Positions 1 to 8,988 of a stretch of DNA of 63,109 bases are shown here, one piece after another. Origin of the DNA: an uncultured Desulfurococcales archaeon (GTDB lineage: Archaea > Thermoproteota > Thermoprotei_A > Sulfolobales > CAZCAU01). The number at the start of each line of letters is the position of its first letter. Position 1 is the first letter of the stretch. Position numbers and translations under genes: made by a program. The notes under the pieces are model-generated. The model saw only the letters and a program-made list of their open reading frames with translations, was not told where the DNA came from and made no database searches. Location of the stretch: contig CAZCAU010000004.1 in assembly GCA_964496855.1 (NCBI GenBank), forward strand, positions 1 through 63,109. The letters are read 5' to 3'.

Positions 1-205
1 GACGATGGTCTTGAGTGCTGATCATCAACCTATGAACTCTATCAATGTAGGGTCTTCCATCACTCAATCACCTGTAGTTCTGTTGTATAAATATTCTAAT
101 ATGCAAGCACCAACACCATCATCAACTATGAGATTACATGGAATTCCTAAAGAGAAACAAAGAACAAAGCGTGTATGAAGACTTGGCAAGAAAATATCAA
201 ACTAA

Positions 206-237
206 ATGTTCATATAGTTTAATTCTTATATGAACAT
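206..237. repeat. Perfect 11-bp inverted repeat ATGTTCATATA-N10-TATATGAACAT in non-coding DNA
   Basis: Read directly: arm 206-216, spacer 217-226, arm 227-237. It is flanked by two copies of the 10-mer ACTTGGCAAG at 181-190 and 310-319. Confidence 0.9.
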
Positions 238-421
238 AGATTTTTGAAATACTCCCTCTGCTTGCACCTGCACTGTCTCTCATTTGTTGTAAGAGTTTTG
301 AACACTTATACTTGGCAAGCCTGCATTAATACTGATACTGTATATATGTCGTGCATGCCTCTAGTTTTGTCTTTCTAATTCCGCTTTGAACATTAATAGC
401 AAATTATAAGATACCTAATGA

Positions 422-624
422 CTATGGTGGTTTTACCTCCTTGAATTTCCCGCTAGCTTGTTCTCTTCCGATTCCCCAGTTCTCCTTGGACACCTCGTGT
501 ATCACTACTTCAACTGCATGTGGTGGTATTCCGAGTTCTTCGAATACTGTGGTGACCCCTTGATAATCCTGGCTTTGGCCTCTCTTGAAACCCCGCTCCA
601 CATGTAGATGTGTATTATGGGCAT
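422..624 (-). pseudogene. 4-oxalocrotonate tautomerase family gene interrupted by a 1-nt frameshift
   Basis: The minus-strand ATG at 622-624 gives MPIIHIYMWSGVSREAKARIIKG. The frame is lost at the C4 run 556-559 (G4 on the coding strand). The neighbouring frame continues VTTVFEELGIPPHAVEVVIHEVSKENWGIGREQASGKFKEVKPP* with its stop at 422-424. The joined ~66-aa product with Met-Pro start fits the 4-OT pattern. Confidence 0.7.
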
Positions 625-799
625 AAAGACCACACTACTATACTACGCTGTGTCAATAAAATAAAAGTTATTATCAGCATGGTCCAGAGGTTTCTCATAG
701 TACTTGCAAACAATAAGAGTGGCGTAAGCGAGTCATCTTCTAAGACCTCGGGCGCTTCTCCTACAAAGAAGCTTAAACACTGAGAAATAATATTATGTA

Positions 800-1477
800 A
801 CAACCATTGTCATGGAGAGCCAGGAGATAACATCTAGCACATTGAGAATAGTTACACCAACAACTCATTCGCCTAGACTGTCTACACCTAAACAAGCTTA
901 GAGCATCAACGAGCCCTACACTGCTTATCAAGCCTCAGCTCCTCCTTGAGGAACAGGTATACTTCAATTCTACGATCTCGACTTTGATACCCATATCTGT
1001 TAAGTCAAGCTTGCAGTGATCCTGGCTCTACTGCCTCCAATAATAAGGGCTCTTTTAGTTACTGTGTCTTTATCCTCTTAATCGGTTTTTAGAACTACTT
1101 TTCGACAGTTGCTAGTGTGTACCTTATTACTTTCTCTGTAGCCTTATTCTTATCATCTGTAGACCATGATACATGTTCTCTAATATTGGCTATTTAAAGA
1201 AAACCCGGGTTTAACCCGCTCTCTCAACAGTATACCTAAATACTTCTTCCTGAAATCTAGGGCTGCATGAGGCTACAACTACATGTGTTAAATTACGTCT
1301 CTTTATATCATTGTTCAATAAGTTTCTGTCCCTCACTACTACACATAAAAGGGTAGTAGTCTCTTGACACAGCTACGTACAGTGCTTGGAAAGAGCCGCA
1401 GCTACTTTCTTGACATCTACTTTACCAGCAATGTTTGTACCGCAATGACAAACATATACTCCTACTTTGGGCTTCAC
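800..1477 (-). pseudogene. Heterodisulfide reductase subunit A (HdrA)-like gene, N-terminal fragment with several stops and frameshifts
   Basis: Minus-strand translation from the GTG at 1475-1477 gives VKPKVGVYVCHCGTNIAGKVDVKKVAAALSKH, then an in-frame TAG. Other frames give YVAVSRDYYPFMCSSEGQKLIEQ, then NLTHVVVASCSPRFQEEVFRYTVERAG, then (frameshift) LNPGFL*IANIREHVSWSTDDKNKATEK, then KRALIIGGS..AGITAALDLADMGIKVEIVE. This matches the HdrA N-terminal FeS domain plus the start of the FAD domain. The lower boundary is approximate. Confidence 0.6.
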
Positions 1478-1636
1478 CGTATTACAACACCTGGCTGATC
1501 GCTGAGATGATCTTGTATGCTACTTACTTTTTATTTAGAAAAAAGATAAAACATTTACTAGTATCAACAAAAATGACTAATAAACATTATTTTCGATAAA
1601 AACTATTTAAATAATGATAACTGTCTTAATACAAGT

Positions 1637-2731
1637 TTACAATTTTTCGAGCTCACCGTTTTCTCTAATAATAAATGTATTCTCATGTTTTACTTGTCCA
1701 AGCCCTTTGAGTAATATAGGGGCATGGATAAAGGCAAGAGCCATTCTAGGTCTTAGTTCGACTACTCTATGTCCAGGTACTATGGTTGTTATAGGGTACT
1801 CCTCTACTTGTAGTCCCACACCATGAAGATACCCTGATACCCTGTGCTCTAGTAAGCCGTACTTAGCATATATTCTGTCTAGTTCTTTCATAACAGTTAC
1901 TGGTCTAACACCAGCCCTTGTCAATTCCATGGCTTTGTCATAAACCTCGTCTATGCAACGAAGAGCGTTCCTAACAGTCTCATCTGGTTCACCCACGTAT
2001 ATTGTTCTCGACAGGTTGACATAGTAGCTGTTATAATCAGCTGCTAGTATTATTGTAACAAATACGTTTTTTCTAACCTTGATCTCTCTTAAGGGTTCTG
2101 AGTGTACGCGTGGCCAAGGACCTATATTCACATATACGTGCGGACTCTCACATCCCTGTTTATATAGTGAGTTGTAAGCTTCAGCAGCTATGTCTGTCTC
2201 AGCAAGACCTTCTCTAATAATGGATAAGAGTTTCTCAATAGTCTTAGAGGCTATTTTTCCAGCTTTACGCATATATGATATCTCATAGTCATCCTTGATT
2301 ACTCTAAGTTCTTGTATAAGCCCGCTCACATCAACTACTTTCACGTAAGGATTAAGTCGTTTAAACATTTCAAAAAATAATATGTATGCATCGCGTTCAA
2401 TACCATATTCTAAACCAACAGTCTTAAACCCGCTCTCTCTTATAATTCTTGAAACCTTAGACATTAACTCGCCTCCTTCAGTAAATGTTTCAATATTTCT
2501 AATCCATGTATTCTCTTCTAGAAACCTCTCTTCCCCACGCGCTACAAATGCTATTGGATCCCCCTCAGCCGGTATAAGCAAAGCCGGTCTAAGCCATTTG
2601 ATCCCTACAAAATACGTATAGCTTGAAAGTGTCCTAAGCATAACAGCATCGATACCTTTCTCTTGTAACTTTTTCTGAAATCTTTCAAGCCTAGAACGCA
2701 GAATATTGTTCGGAGTTCTATTTATCTTCAT
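1637..2731 (-). CDS. M24 (pita-bread fold) Xaa-Pro peptidase/creatinase family protein with divergent metal-ligand positions
   Basis: 364-aa ORF. It has an N-terminal creatinase/prolidase-type domain and C-terminal motifs AADYNSYYVNLSRTIYVG, YLHGVGLQVEEYP, AFIHAPIL and VKHEN at the positions of the M24B D/D/H/E/E signature. Confidence 0.7.
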   Translation of the reverse strand: MKINRTPNNILRSRLERFQKKLQEKGIDAVMLRTLSSYTYFVGIKWLRPALLIPAEGDPIAFVARGEERFLEENTWIRNIETFTEGGELMSKVSRIIRESGFKTVGLEYGIERDAYILFFEMFKRLNPYVKVVDVSGLIQELRVIKDDYEISYMRKAGKIASKTIEKLLSIIREGLAETDIAAEAYNSLYKQGCESPHVYVNIGPWPRVHSEPLREIKVRKNVFVTIILAADYNSYYVNLSRTIYVGEPDETVRNALRCIDEVYDKAMELTRAGVRPVTVMKELDRIYAKYGLLEHRVSGYLHGVGLQVEEYPITTIVPGHRVVELRPRMALAFIHAPILLKGLGQVKHENTFIIRENGELEKL

Positions 2732-3481
2732 TAATAATCACACTAGGTAATTAGGCTAGAGTAAATATATTAACTTATGTCTGAATACCTGGTTTAAATT
2801 CTTGGTAATCTGCAAAATGCTACTTCTTCAAAAAGCAAGCGCCTTCGTTAACGTCTCTTTTCTCTGGAAGGTTTACCAATGGAAATTATTGTTTTAAGTT
2901 ATATCATCTGACATCTCTAGGAGCTTGACTACATCCTCTATAGTGGACAGCATATGTGTTAGCAACACTGATCCTCTCTTGCAATATCAGTAACATGTAC
3001 CCTAAGATAAGCCATGTACTCTCTTTAGAGTATAGCTCTTCCTTCTTAGACGACATCACTATCAAGTAGATGAATCAAGGAATTATTTTTTCTGAGTTAT
3101 AGCTCTTTTCGAATTTATATTTTGGTAACTTCTCGTCTTCTTCGTGAAAATTTTCTCTCAGCGTCTTCACATATTCTTCTAAGATTTTCTTTGATGCTTG
3201 GATTCTCGATTATTATGAATCTCTAGGGCTACTATTAGTTTCTAAAGGTGCTTGAAGAATATATCCTGACGACACAGACTATACTATCCAGATCAATAGT
3301 TCGCGATCACATTCTCTAACGCTGGATCCACTGTTTGCAAAATCTAAAACTATGCCAGTCTTTGGTATCACGATACTCTCTAATTTTGTTACCTAAACGG
3401 TTTGGTTAGGATACCACTAAACTTATAAAACGGTTTTATGTATTATTAATTTAGCATAGGCTAAACGAAAGGTGGTGCTTT

Positions 3482-3823
3482 ATGGCTTTTTCTGAAGAAA
3501 ATGAAAAAATTTATTCTATGTGTGCTGAGATCTTTAAAACCCTTGCAAACCCTATTAGGCTTATGATCTTAGATTTACTAAAAAGCGGGGAAAAGACTGT
3601 TAATGAGCTTGCAGAGCTTACTGGTAGGAGTCAAGCAAATATCTCACAACATTTGGCTGTTCTGAGGCAACGAGGGATAATAACAGCTAGAAGAGAAGGC
3701 GTGAATACTTATTATAGGATAGCATGTGAAAAAGTAGTTAATCTCTGTGAACTGATAAGGGGAGTACTATACGAGGTACTAAAGGAGAGAGAGAAAATTG
3801 CGCGTAAATTAGAAGAGGCTTAA
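3482..3823 (+). CDS. ArsR/SmtB family winged-helix transcriptional regulator
   Basis: 113 aa. FKTLANPIRLMILDLL...TVNELAELTGRSQANISQHLAVLRQRGII is the canonical ArsR HTH. GGTGG lies 7-11 nt upstream of the ATG. Confidence 0.85.
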   Translation: MAFSEENEKIYSMCAEIFKTLANPIRLMILDLLKSGEKTVNELAELTGRSQANISQHLAVLRQRGIITARREGVNTYYRIACEKVVNLCELIRGVLYEVLKEREKIARKLEEA

Positions 3824-4086
3824 AAAGTAGTTGATTTTACTGTTTTATAGCGTATTGGCCAAGCTCTCCAAGCATATTCAGCAAAGCCCCTAGGCCAGCA
3901 CGTACATTGCGATCTCTAGTAGCTTTGAGTAGGCCTAAAAGCCCTACCTCCTTTGCTGGTTTATCGATAGCCTATTCCCTTTACTATCCTTTTTTGCACC
4001 TACATTTTCTTTTTACATATTAATAATATAGATATTTTCTTGTATTAAGATTTTCTTAAAAAATGTAATAGTTATCAAGGTAATTA

Positions 4087-4620
4087 TTAGAAATAATTTG
4101 CACAGTCTAGATACAATAACTTACACTTTCTTGGATCAGCAAGACATCTTAGTGGGATATTAGTAGAGTATACTCTTATACCGCATAGTAGGTGCCGGGA
4201 GGTCTTAGGTGGCAGATATTCTTTTTTATGTGCTGCTAGGATTACTGTTTTCTTATCTACTAGAAAGTTGTTTCTCCATGTAGTTACCCTCACATAATCT
4301 TTTGCATAATCAACGAATAATGCTGGTATATAGTTTAGTCCTAGAGCTTTTACTGCCTCGAGTCTGTGATGACCATCTAGGACTGTTAATGTCCTGGCAT
4401 CTACTATTATAGGCTGATTAAAACTCTGATATGTTGTTATAGACTCTATAATCTCGCACAGGTGACTGGGTATTATCTGCTCGTGGGGTTTTAATATCTC
4501 TACAGGAACTAAGAATGCCTTGTTCTCGAGAAATTTTATAGGTATGTCATGTACACTAGTCTTACCTACAAGAGAATGTATGTAATTAATGATATCTGTT
4601 TTCGGCACAATAGGCATCAC
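4087..4620 (-). CDS. ParB/Srx-like domain protein, candidate free serine kinase (SerK-like)
   Basis: 177 aa with the ParB/sulfiredoxin-type VLDGHHRLEA motif. It overlaps the upstream CysK-like gene by 4 nt (4617-4620). SerK enzymes of Thermococcus and Desulfurococcales belong to this fold. Confidence 0.55.
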   Translation of the reverse strand: MMPIVPKTDIINYIHSLVGKTSVHDIPIKFLENKAFLVPVEILKPHEQIIPSHLCEIIESITTYQSFNQPIIVDARTLTVLDGHHRLEAVKALGLNYIPALFVDYAKDYVRVTTWRNNFLVDKKTVILAAHKKEYLPPKTSRHLLCGIRVYSTNIPLRCLADPRKCKLLYLDCANYF

Positions 4621-5585
4621 CTACTTTTACTATCTATTGAGTTTAGATATGTTCCTAGTAGGTTCACGTATTTGAATATATCATCTGGAAAAATCAGTAC
4701 ATATACACCAGCTCCAACTTCATCTCTAATCTCCTTAAAAGCTTTTACTACAGCTCCGGAACTCATACCTATGAGCAGTCCTTCTAGCCTAGCCATATTA
4801 ATGACTTCTTTTGCCGCATCTATTGTCCTGACCTCTATTATATCATCTACGTCTGCGCTTGAGAGCCATTTAGGGCCTGTCTCAACTCGTTTTATCCCTG
4901 GTATTGTATCATCCTTAGCTGGTATGACTCCAAATATCTTGGTCTCCTCACCATACTTATTCTTGAAATAACGAGATATCGCAGCTATGTGGCCTGAAGT
5001 GCCGATGCCACATACTATTGCCCTTGGAGGCGCCTTACCTATGACCGAGAGTTGTAAATCTATTTCACGCGCTGTGTAGAGGTAATGTGATTCCGGATTG
5101 TAGTCGTTTTCGAATTGGTTGAGATTTGTAGCATTATCTTCATGGGCCTTCTGTTTCACAAAAGTAATGAAATTCTGATCTATAGTCTCAAAATCCGTCC
5201 TTACTACTTTTGCTCCTATTATCCTTAATAACGTCATAGTATAATCAGGGGTTGGTTTTGGCAGATATAACCGAGTTTTCACACCATGCATGTTGGCTAA
5301 GAGAGACAAAGCAATAGCAACATTGCCTGATGAGGCCTCGTATAATACTTCTTTTATCTTGTTCTCCTTCTTAGCTTTAAGAAACATGTACCATATAGGC
5401 CTATCTTTTATACTATGACTAAGCACGTTAAAGAACTCGAGTTTACCCCATACCTCGTATTCTTTATCAGATAAGGATCTTAATTTTACAAGTGGTGTTG
5501 GCCAGTTCTCGCTAACCATGGATAAGACGCTGTCATAGACTCTAAGGCTATGCTTAACCGAGTTATATAATTCTTCGAGATCCAT
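4617..5585 (-). CDS. Cysteine synthase / O-phosphoserine sulfhydrylase family (fold-type II PLP enzyme)
   Basis: 322 aa. SHSIKDRP is the PLP-lysine motif and GIGTSGHIAAISRYFK is the glycine-rich phosphate loop. Confidence 0.75.
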   Translation of the reverse strand: MDLEELYNSVKHSLRVYDSVLSMVSENWPTPLVKLRSLSDKEYEVWGKLEFFNVLSHSIKDRPIWYMFLKAKKENKIKEVLYEASSGNVAIALSLLANMHGVKTRLYLPKPTPDYTMTLLRIIGAKVVRTDFETIDQNFITFVKQKAHEDNATNLNQFENDYNPESHYLYTAREIDLQLSVIGKAPPRAIVCGIGTSGHIAAISRYFKNKYGEETKIFGVIPAKDDTIPGIKRVETGPKWLSSADVDDIIEVRTIDAAKEVINMARLEGLLIGMSSGAVVKAFKEIRDEVGAGVYVLIFPDDIFKYVNLLGTYLNSIDSKSR

Positions 5586-5695
5586 ACGTGTTACACCAGA
5601 TCAACATGATAGCATAATTATACAATATTTTAAGCTTTTTCATATGAAAACAGGTAAAATCGGAAATATTGCAGGAGAGAGCTTATAACAAAATA

Positions 5696-6907
5696 CTACA
5701 GGTAATGTTTGACAGAGTTATCTAAGACATACTTTATAACAGACTCAGGACTCTTAAACTCGGAGTTATTTATAGCATCTAGTATAATGTCATGAACCTT
5801 GTCAGAAGCGTGTGTTTCAGCTTTTCTACTCTGCATCTTAGGGCTTAGCATACAGGCGAGAACTTTTCTTGCTACAATCGGCTCTATGCCAAGCTTGCGT
5901 GCAAATGATATTATCTCGTTTTTATCATAGCCTATCAAAGGCCTCAGAACAGGTATTGATATTTTTGTTGATAAAAAGTATAGGTTATCAAGAGTCTGAG
6001 ATGCTACTTGGCCTAAGCTCTCTCCTGTAACTATTGCTTTTGCACCCTCACGCTTGGCAATTTCTTCCGCTATCTTATACATTAAGAACTTGCATAATAA
6101 GCATCTATATCTTGTATCAATATTTATCTTCTCATGAATCCTTCCTAGAGGAATCTCGTAGACATACCATTTTCTTCTCGGCACCCAGGTTCTGAGCCAG
6201 GCTAGTGCATTATAGACTCTCTCACGTGCATCATCTCCGTAAAACGGTGATAAATTATAATGGACAGGAATTACCTCACATCCTCTCTTCATCATCATCC
6301 ATGCGGCAATAGTACTATCAGCACCACCTGAGGCTAAGGCTATGACTCTGCCTTCCACACCATAAGGTAGACCGCCTGGTCCTTCATATTCCTTGTCAAA
6401 TACATATGCTGCATCTGTTCTTACCTCTACGTAAATAGTTTTAGATGGTTTCTCTAGATCTACTTTGACACCAGGTATCTTGTCTAGTATCTCCGCTCCA
6501 AGCAGCTTCTCAAGCTCTTTGCTTGTCATAGGATATTCTTTGTACGCTCTATGTACACGTACCGCGAAAGTATCTCCAGGCTTAAGAACCTCTTTAGCAA
6601 GACCTACAACAGCTTTTTTTATCTCGTCAAGATCCAGGGATACAGGCATACACGGACTAATAGATGTTACACCAAATGTTCTTGATAACGCTTTAATGCA
6701 TGAATCCATGTTATCGATATCACTGATGAATATCCTACCCCATTCTCTCCGTATCCTGAACTTCTCCACACCATTGAGCATTAGTTGCTCTCTTATATTA
6801 TGCAATAACGTATTCTCCATCCTAACTCTTACTTTCTTTGATTTTACAGCTATCTCCCCGTACCTAACTAATACAGTGTTAAACCCTACAGTAGACACCC
6901 TGATCAC
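5696..6907 (-). CDS. thiI: tRNA 4-thiouridine synthase / sulfurtransferase ThiI
   Basis: 403 aa. N-terminal ferredoxin-like/THUMP region (VRYGEIAVKSKKVR) and PP-loop ALASGGADST. No rhodanese domain, as is usual in archaea. Confidence 0.85.
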   Translation of the reverse strand: MIRVSTVGFNTVLVRYGEIAVKSKKVRVRMENTLLHNIREQLMLNGVEKFRIRREWGRIFISDIDNMDSCIKALSRTFGVTSISPCMPVSLDLDEIKKAVVGLAKEVLKPGDTFAVRVHRAYKEYPMTSKELEKLLGAEILDKIPGVKVDLEKPSKTIYVEVRTDAAYVFDKEYEGPGGLPYGVEGRVIALASGGADSTIAAWMMMKRGCEVIPVHYNLSPFYGDDARERVYNALAWLRTWVPRRKWYVYEIPLGRIHEKINIDTRYRCLLCKFLMYKIAEEIAKREGAKAIVTGESLGQVASQTLDNLYFLSTKISIPVLRPLIGYDKNEIISFARKLGIEPIVARKVLACMLSPKMQSRKAETHASDKVHDIILDAINNSEFKSPESVIKYVLDNSVKHYL

Positions 6908-6941
6908 TCGGCATTCTTATTGAATTACACTTGACAGTATA

Positions 6942-8895
6942 TTATTTTTCAGCTGTAAATCCTGATAATCTGAGAGAGAAGCCTATCACTGCTAGTGATA
7001 ATCCCATGTCACCTATTAGTACTGCCATCCACAGGTTTATCATCCCCAGTATCGCTAATGCTACCAAGGATAATTTCACAGATATAGAAGCTAAGACGTT
7101 AATCCTTATAGTACTCAACACTTTTCTACTCAAGTCGACTAGGTATGGTAGTTTCTTAAGATTGGGTTTTACAAGAACTATATCGCCGCTTTCAATAGCT
7201 ATTTCAGCACCTGAGCCAACAGCTATTCCTACACAAGACCTTGCTAATGCTGGTGCATCATTTATGCCATCACCAACCATAGCTACGTGTCTCTTATGAT
7301 CTTCCATGAGTTTTTCTATAACAGTAACCTTGTCCTCAGGCAAGAGCTCAGCAAAATACCTATCAACCCCCAGTATTTTTGTTATCCTCCTAGCCACCTT
7401 CTCTCTATCACCAGTTAGCATGACTATTTCTAAGCCTCTTCTTTTCAGATCTCTTATAACTTCAATAGCCTCTGTCCTAATCTCGTCTTCAAAACCTAAT
7501 ACGCCTAGTATCTTACTACCACAAACAACATAGCTAAGAGTATCCCCGATATCGTTGTTTCCTCCACTGATACCGCTATGCTCGTATTTTATGCCGATTT
7601 CTTCCAAAAGTTTCTCGTTACCTAGCACACATACTTCACCATCTATCCTACTAATTACCCCTCGTCCCGGGAGTGACTTAAAATCTATGACATCTAGTAG
7701 TTCTATGCCTTGTTGCTCAGCTTCTCTTACTATTATCTCTGCTATTGGGTGGTTAGAGTACCTACTTAGAGAAGCAGCTATCTTGAGAAGCTGCTCACCA
7801 TCTACCGCTACAGGTTTTATTCCCGAGAGTTTCAAGCTTCCCTTGGTTAGGGTACCTGTTTTGTCAAACGCTATCATACTAACACTTGCCAGGTGTTCTA
7901 GATGCTTCCCCCCTTACGAGTATACCGTTCTTAGCTGAGCCCACAAGCCCTGAAACCATTGCTACAGGTACTGATATTATTAGTGCGCATGGACATGAAA
8001 TTACTAGTAAGGTTAATGCACGATATACCCATGATCTCATATCACCACCCAGCATGAAGATCGGTACTAGTGCGACCAGTATGCTAATCATTATAACTGT
8101 TGGCGTATAGTATTTGGAGAACTTCTCTACAAACCTTTCAATCCTGGATTTTTCCCTCCTTGCTTTCTCTACTAATTCTATAACTCTAGCAAGTAGTGTC
8201 TTACCAGATCTCTTTTCCACACGAATAAATAATACCCCGTCCGTACATACTGTTCCTGCATAAGCCTTATCGCCAGGTTTTTTCTCTACAGGTATAGATT
8301 CGCCAGTTGATGGCGACTCATCTATACTAGCATTACCCTTTATAATAGTGCCATCGAGTGGTACCTTGTCGCCTGGTTTAACAGCTATGGTTTCGCCGGG
8401 TTGTACATCTTCTACTCTGACAACAACCTCTTTGCCATTCCTTAATACCCTAGCAGTAGAAGGCTTCTCTCGTAATAGTAATGCAATGTCTCTCCTAGCC
8501 TTATCAGCCGCATACTCTTCTAAGAAGACTGCTATATTGAAAAGATACACTACAACAGCTCCTTCGGCATACTCCTTTATTAGGAAAGCCCCGACAGCTG
8601 CAATCACTACTAAGAATTCTATACTGAATATCCTCTTTTCAATAAATTCTCTAAAAGCTATTTTAGCAAGTCTACCCCCGCCTATAACCAGGACTGCTAA
8701 AAACCCTGCAAGAGACAATATTGCTGAATTTGTCATTACGCCAGCAAAACCTATGAGTAGGAAAACCGTGAGTAGCGATAAGAGCTTTATAAAAGACTTG
8801 ATACTAAAGTCTTCTCCGTGCGGGTGTACGTGTTCTTCGTGCTCTTCTGTATCTATGTCTAGTCTGCAGACAGGGCAAGCCTTGTCTGTAGCCAT
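6942..8895 (-). pseudogene. P1B-type heavy-metal translocating ATPase split into two ORFs by a frameshift in a C6 homopolymer
   Basis: ORF 7879-8895 has a His/Cys-rich N-terminus, TGES (SPSTGESIP) and the CPC motif (SCPCALIISVP), and ends ...GILVRGEASRTPGKC*. ORF 6942-7877 starts MIAFDKTGTLTKG and carries MLTGD and GDGINDAPAL. Shifting one frame at 7908-7913 reads GILVRG-KHLEHLASVSMIAFDKTGTLT, a normal continuous ATPase. Confidence 0.85.
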
Positions 8896-8926
8896 ATCTA
8901 CTATCCCTCCTATAGTAACTATCCAT

Positions 8927-8986
8927 AGGAAAGTTTATTAAGATACAAGTTTCTATATAGATAGTAGCTTACCTAGAGGAAAGTTT
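8927..8986. repeat. Direct repeat of the 10-mer AGGAAAGTTT (8927-8936 and 8977-8986) in the divergent ATPase/hxlR-type intergenic region
   Basis: Read directly. A third AAGTTT lies at 8947-8952. The second copy doubles as the GAGGA Shine-Dalgarno-like element of the HxlR-type gene. Confidence 0.8.
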
Positions 8987-8988
8987 TT

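Noticed and set aside
615-803. 62-aa minus-strand ORF in the track
   Set aside because: It lies across the junction between the tautomerase start and the degraded HdrA region. It has no motif and is best explained as a chance open frame in pseudogene debris.
8348-8941. 197-aa plus-strand ORF, and similar ones at 4549-4971, 6465-6923, 6931-7299, 7555-7938 and 27234-27695
   Set aside because: All lie antisense to well-supported genes (ATPase, CysK-like, ThiI, amidohydrolase-like). All have Ser/Thr/Pro/Leu-rich low-complexity composition typical of shadow ORFs.
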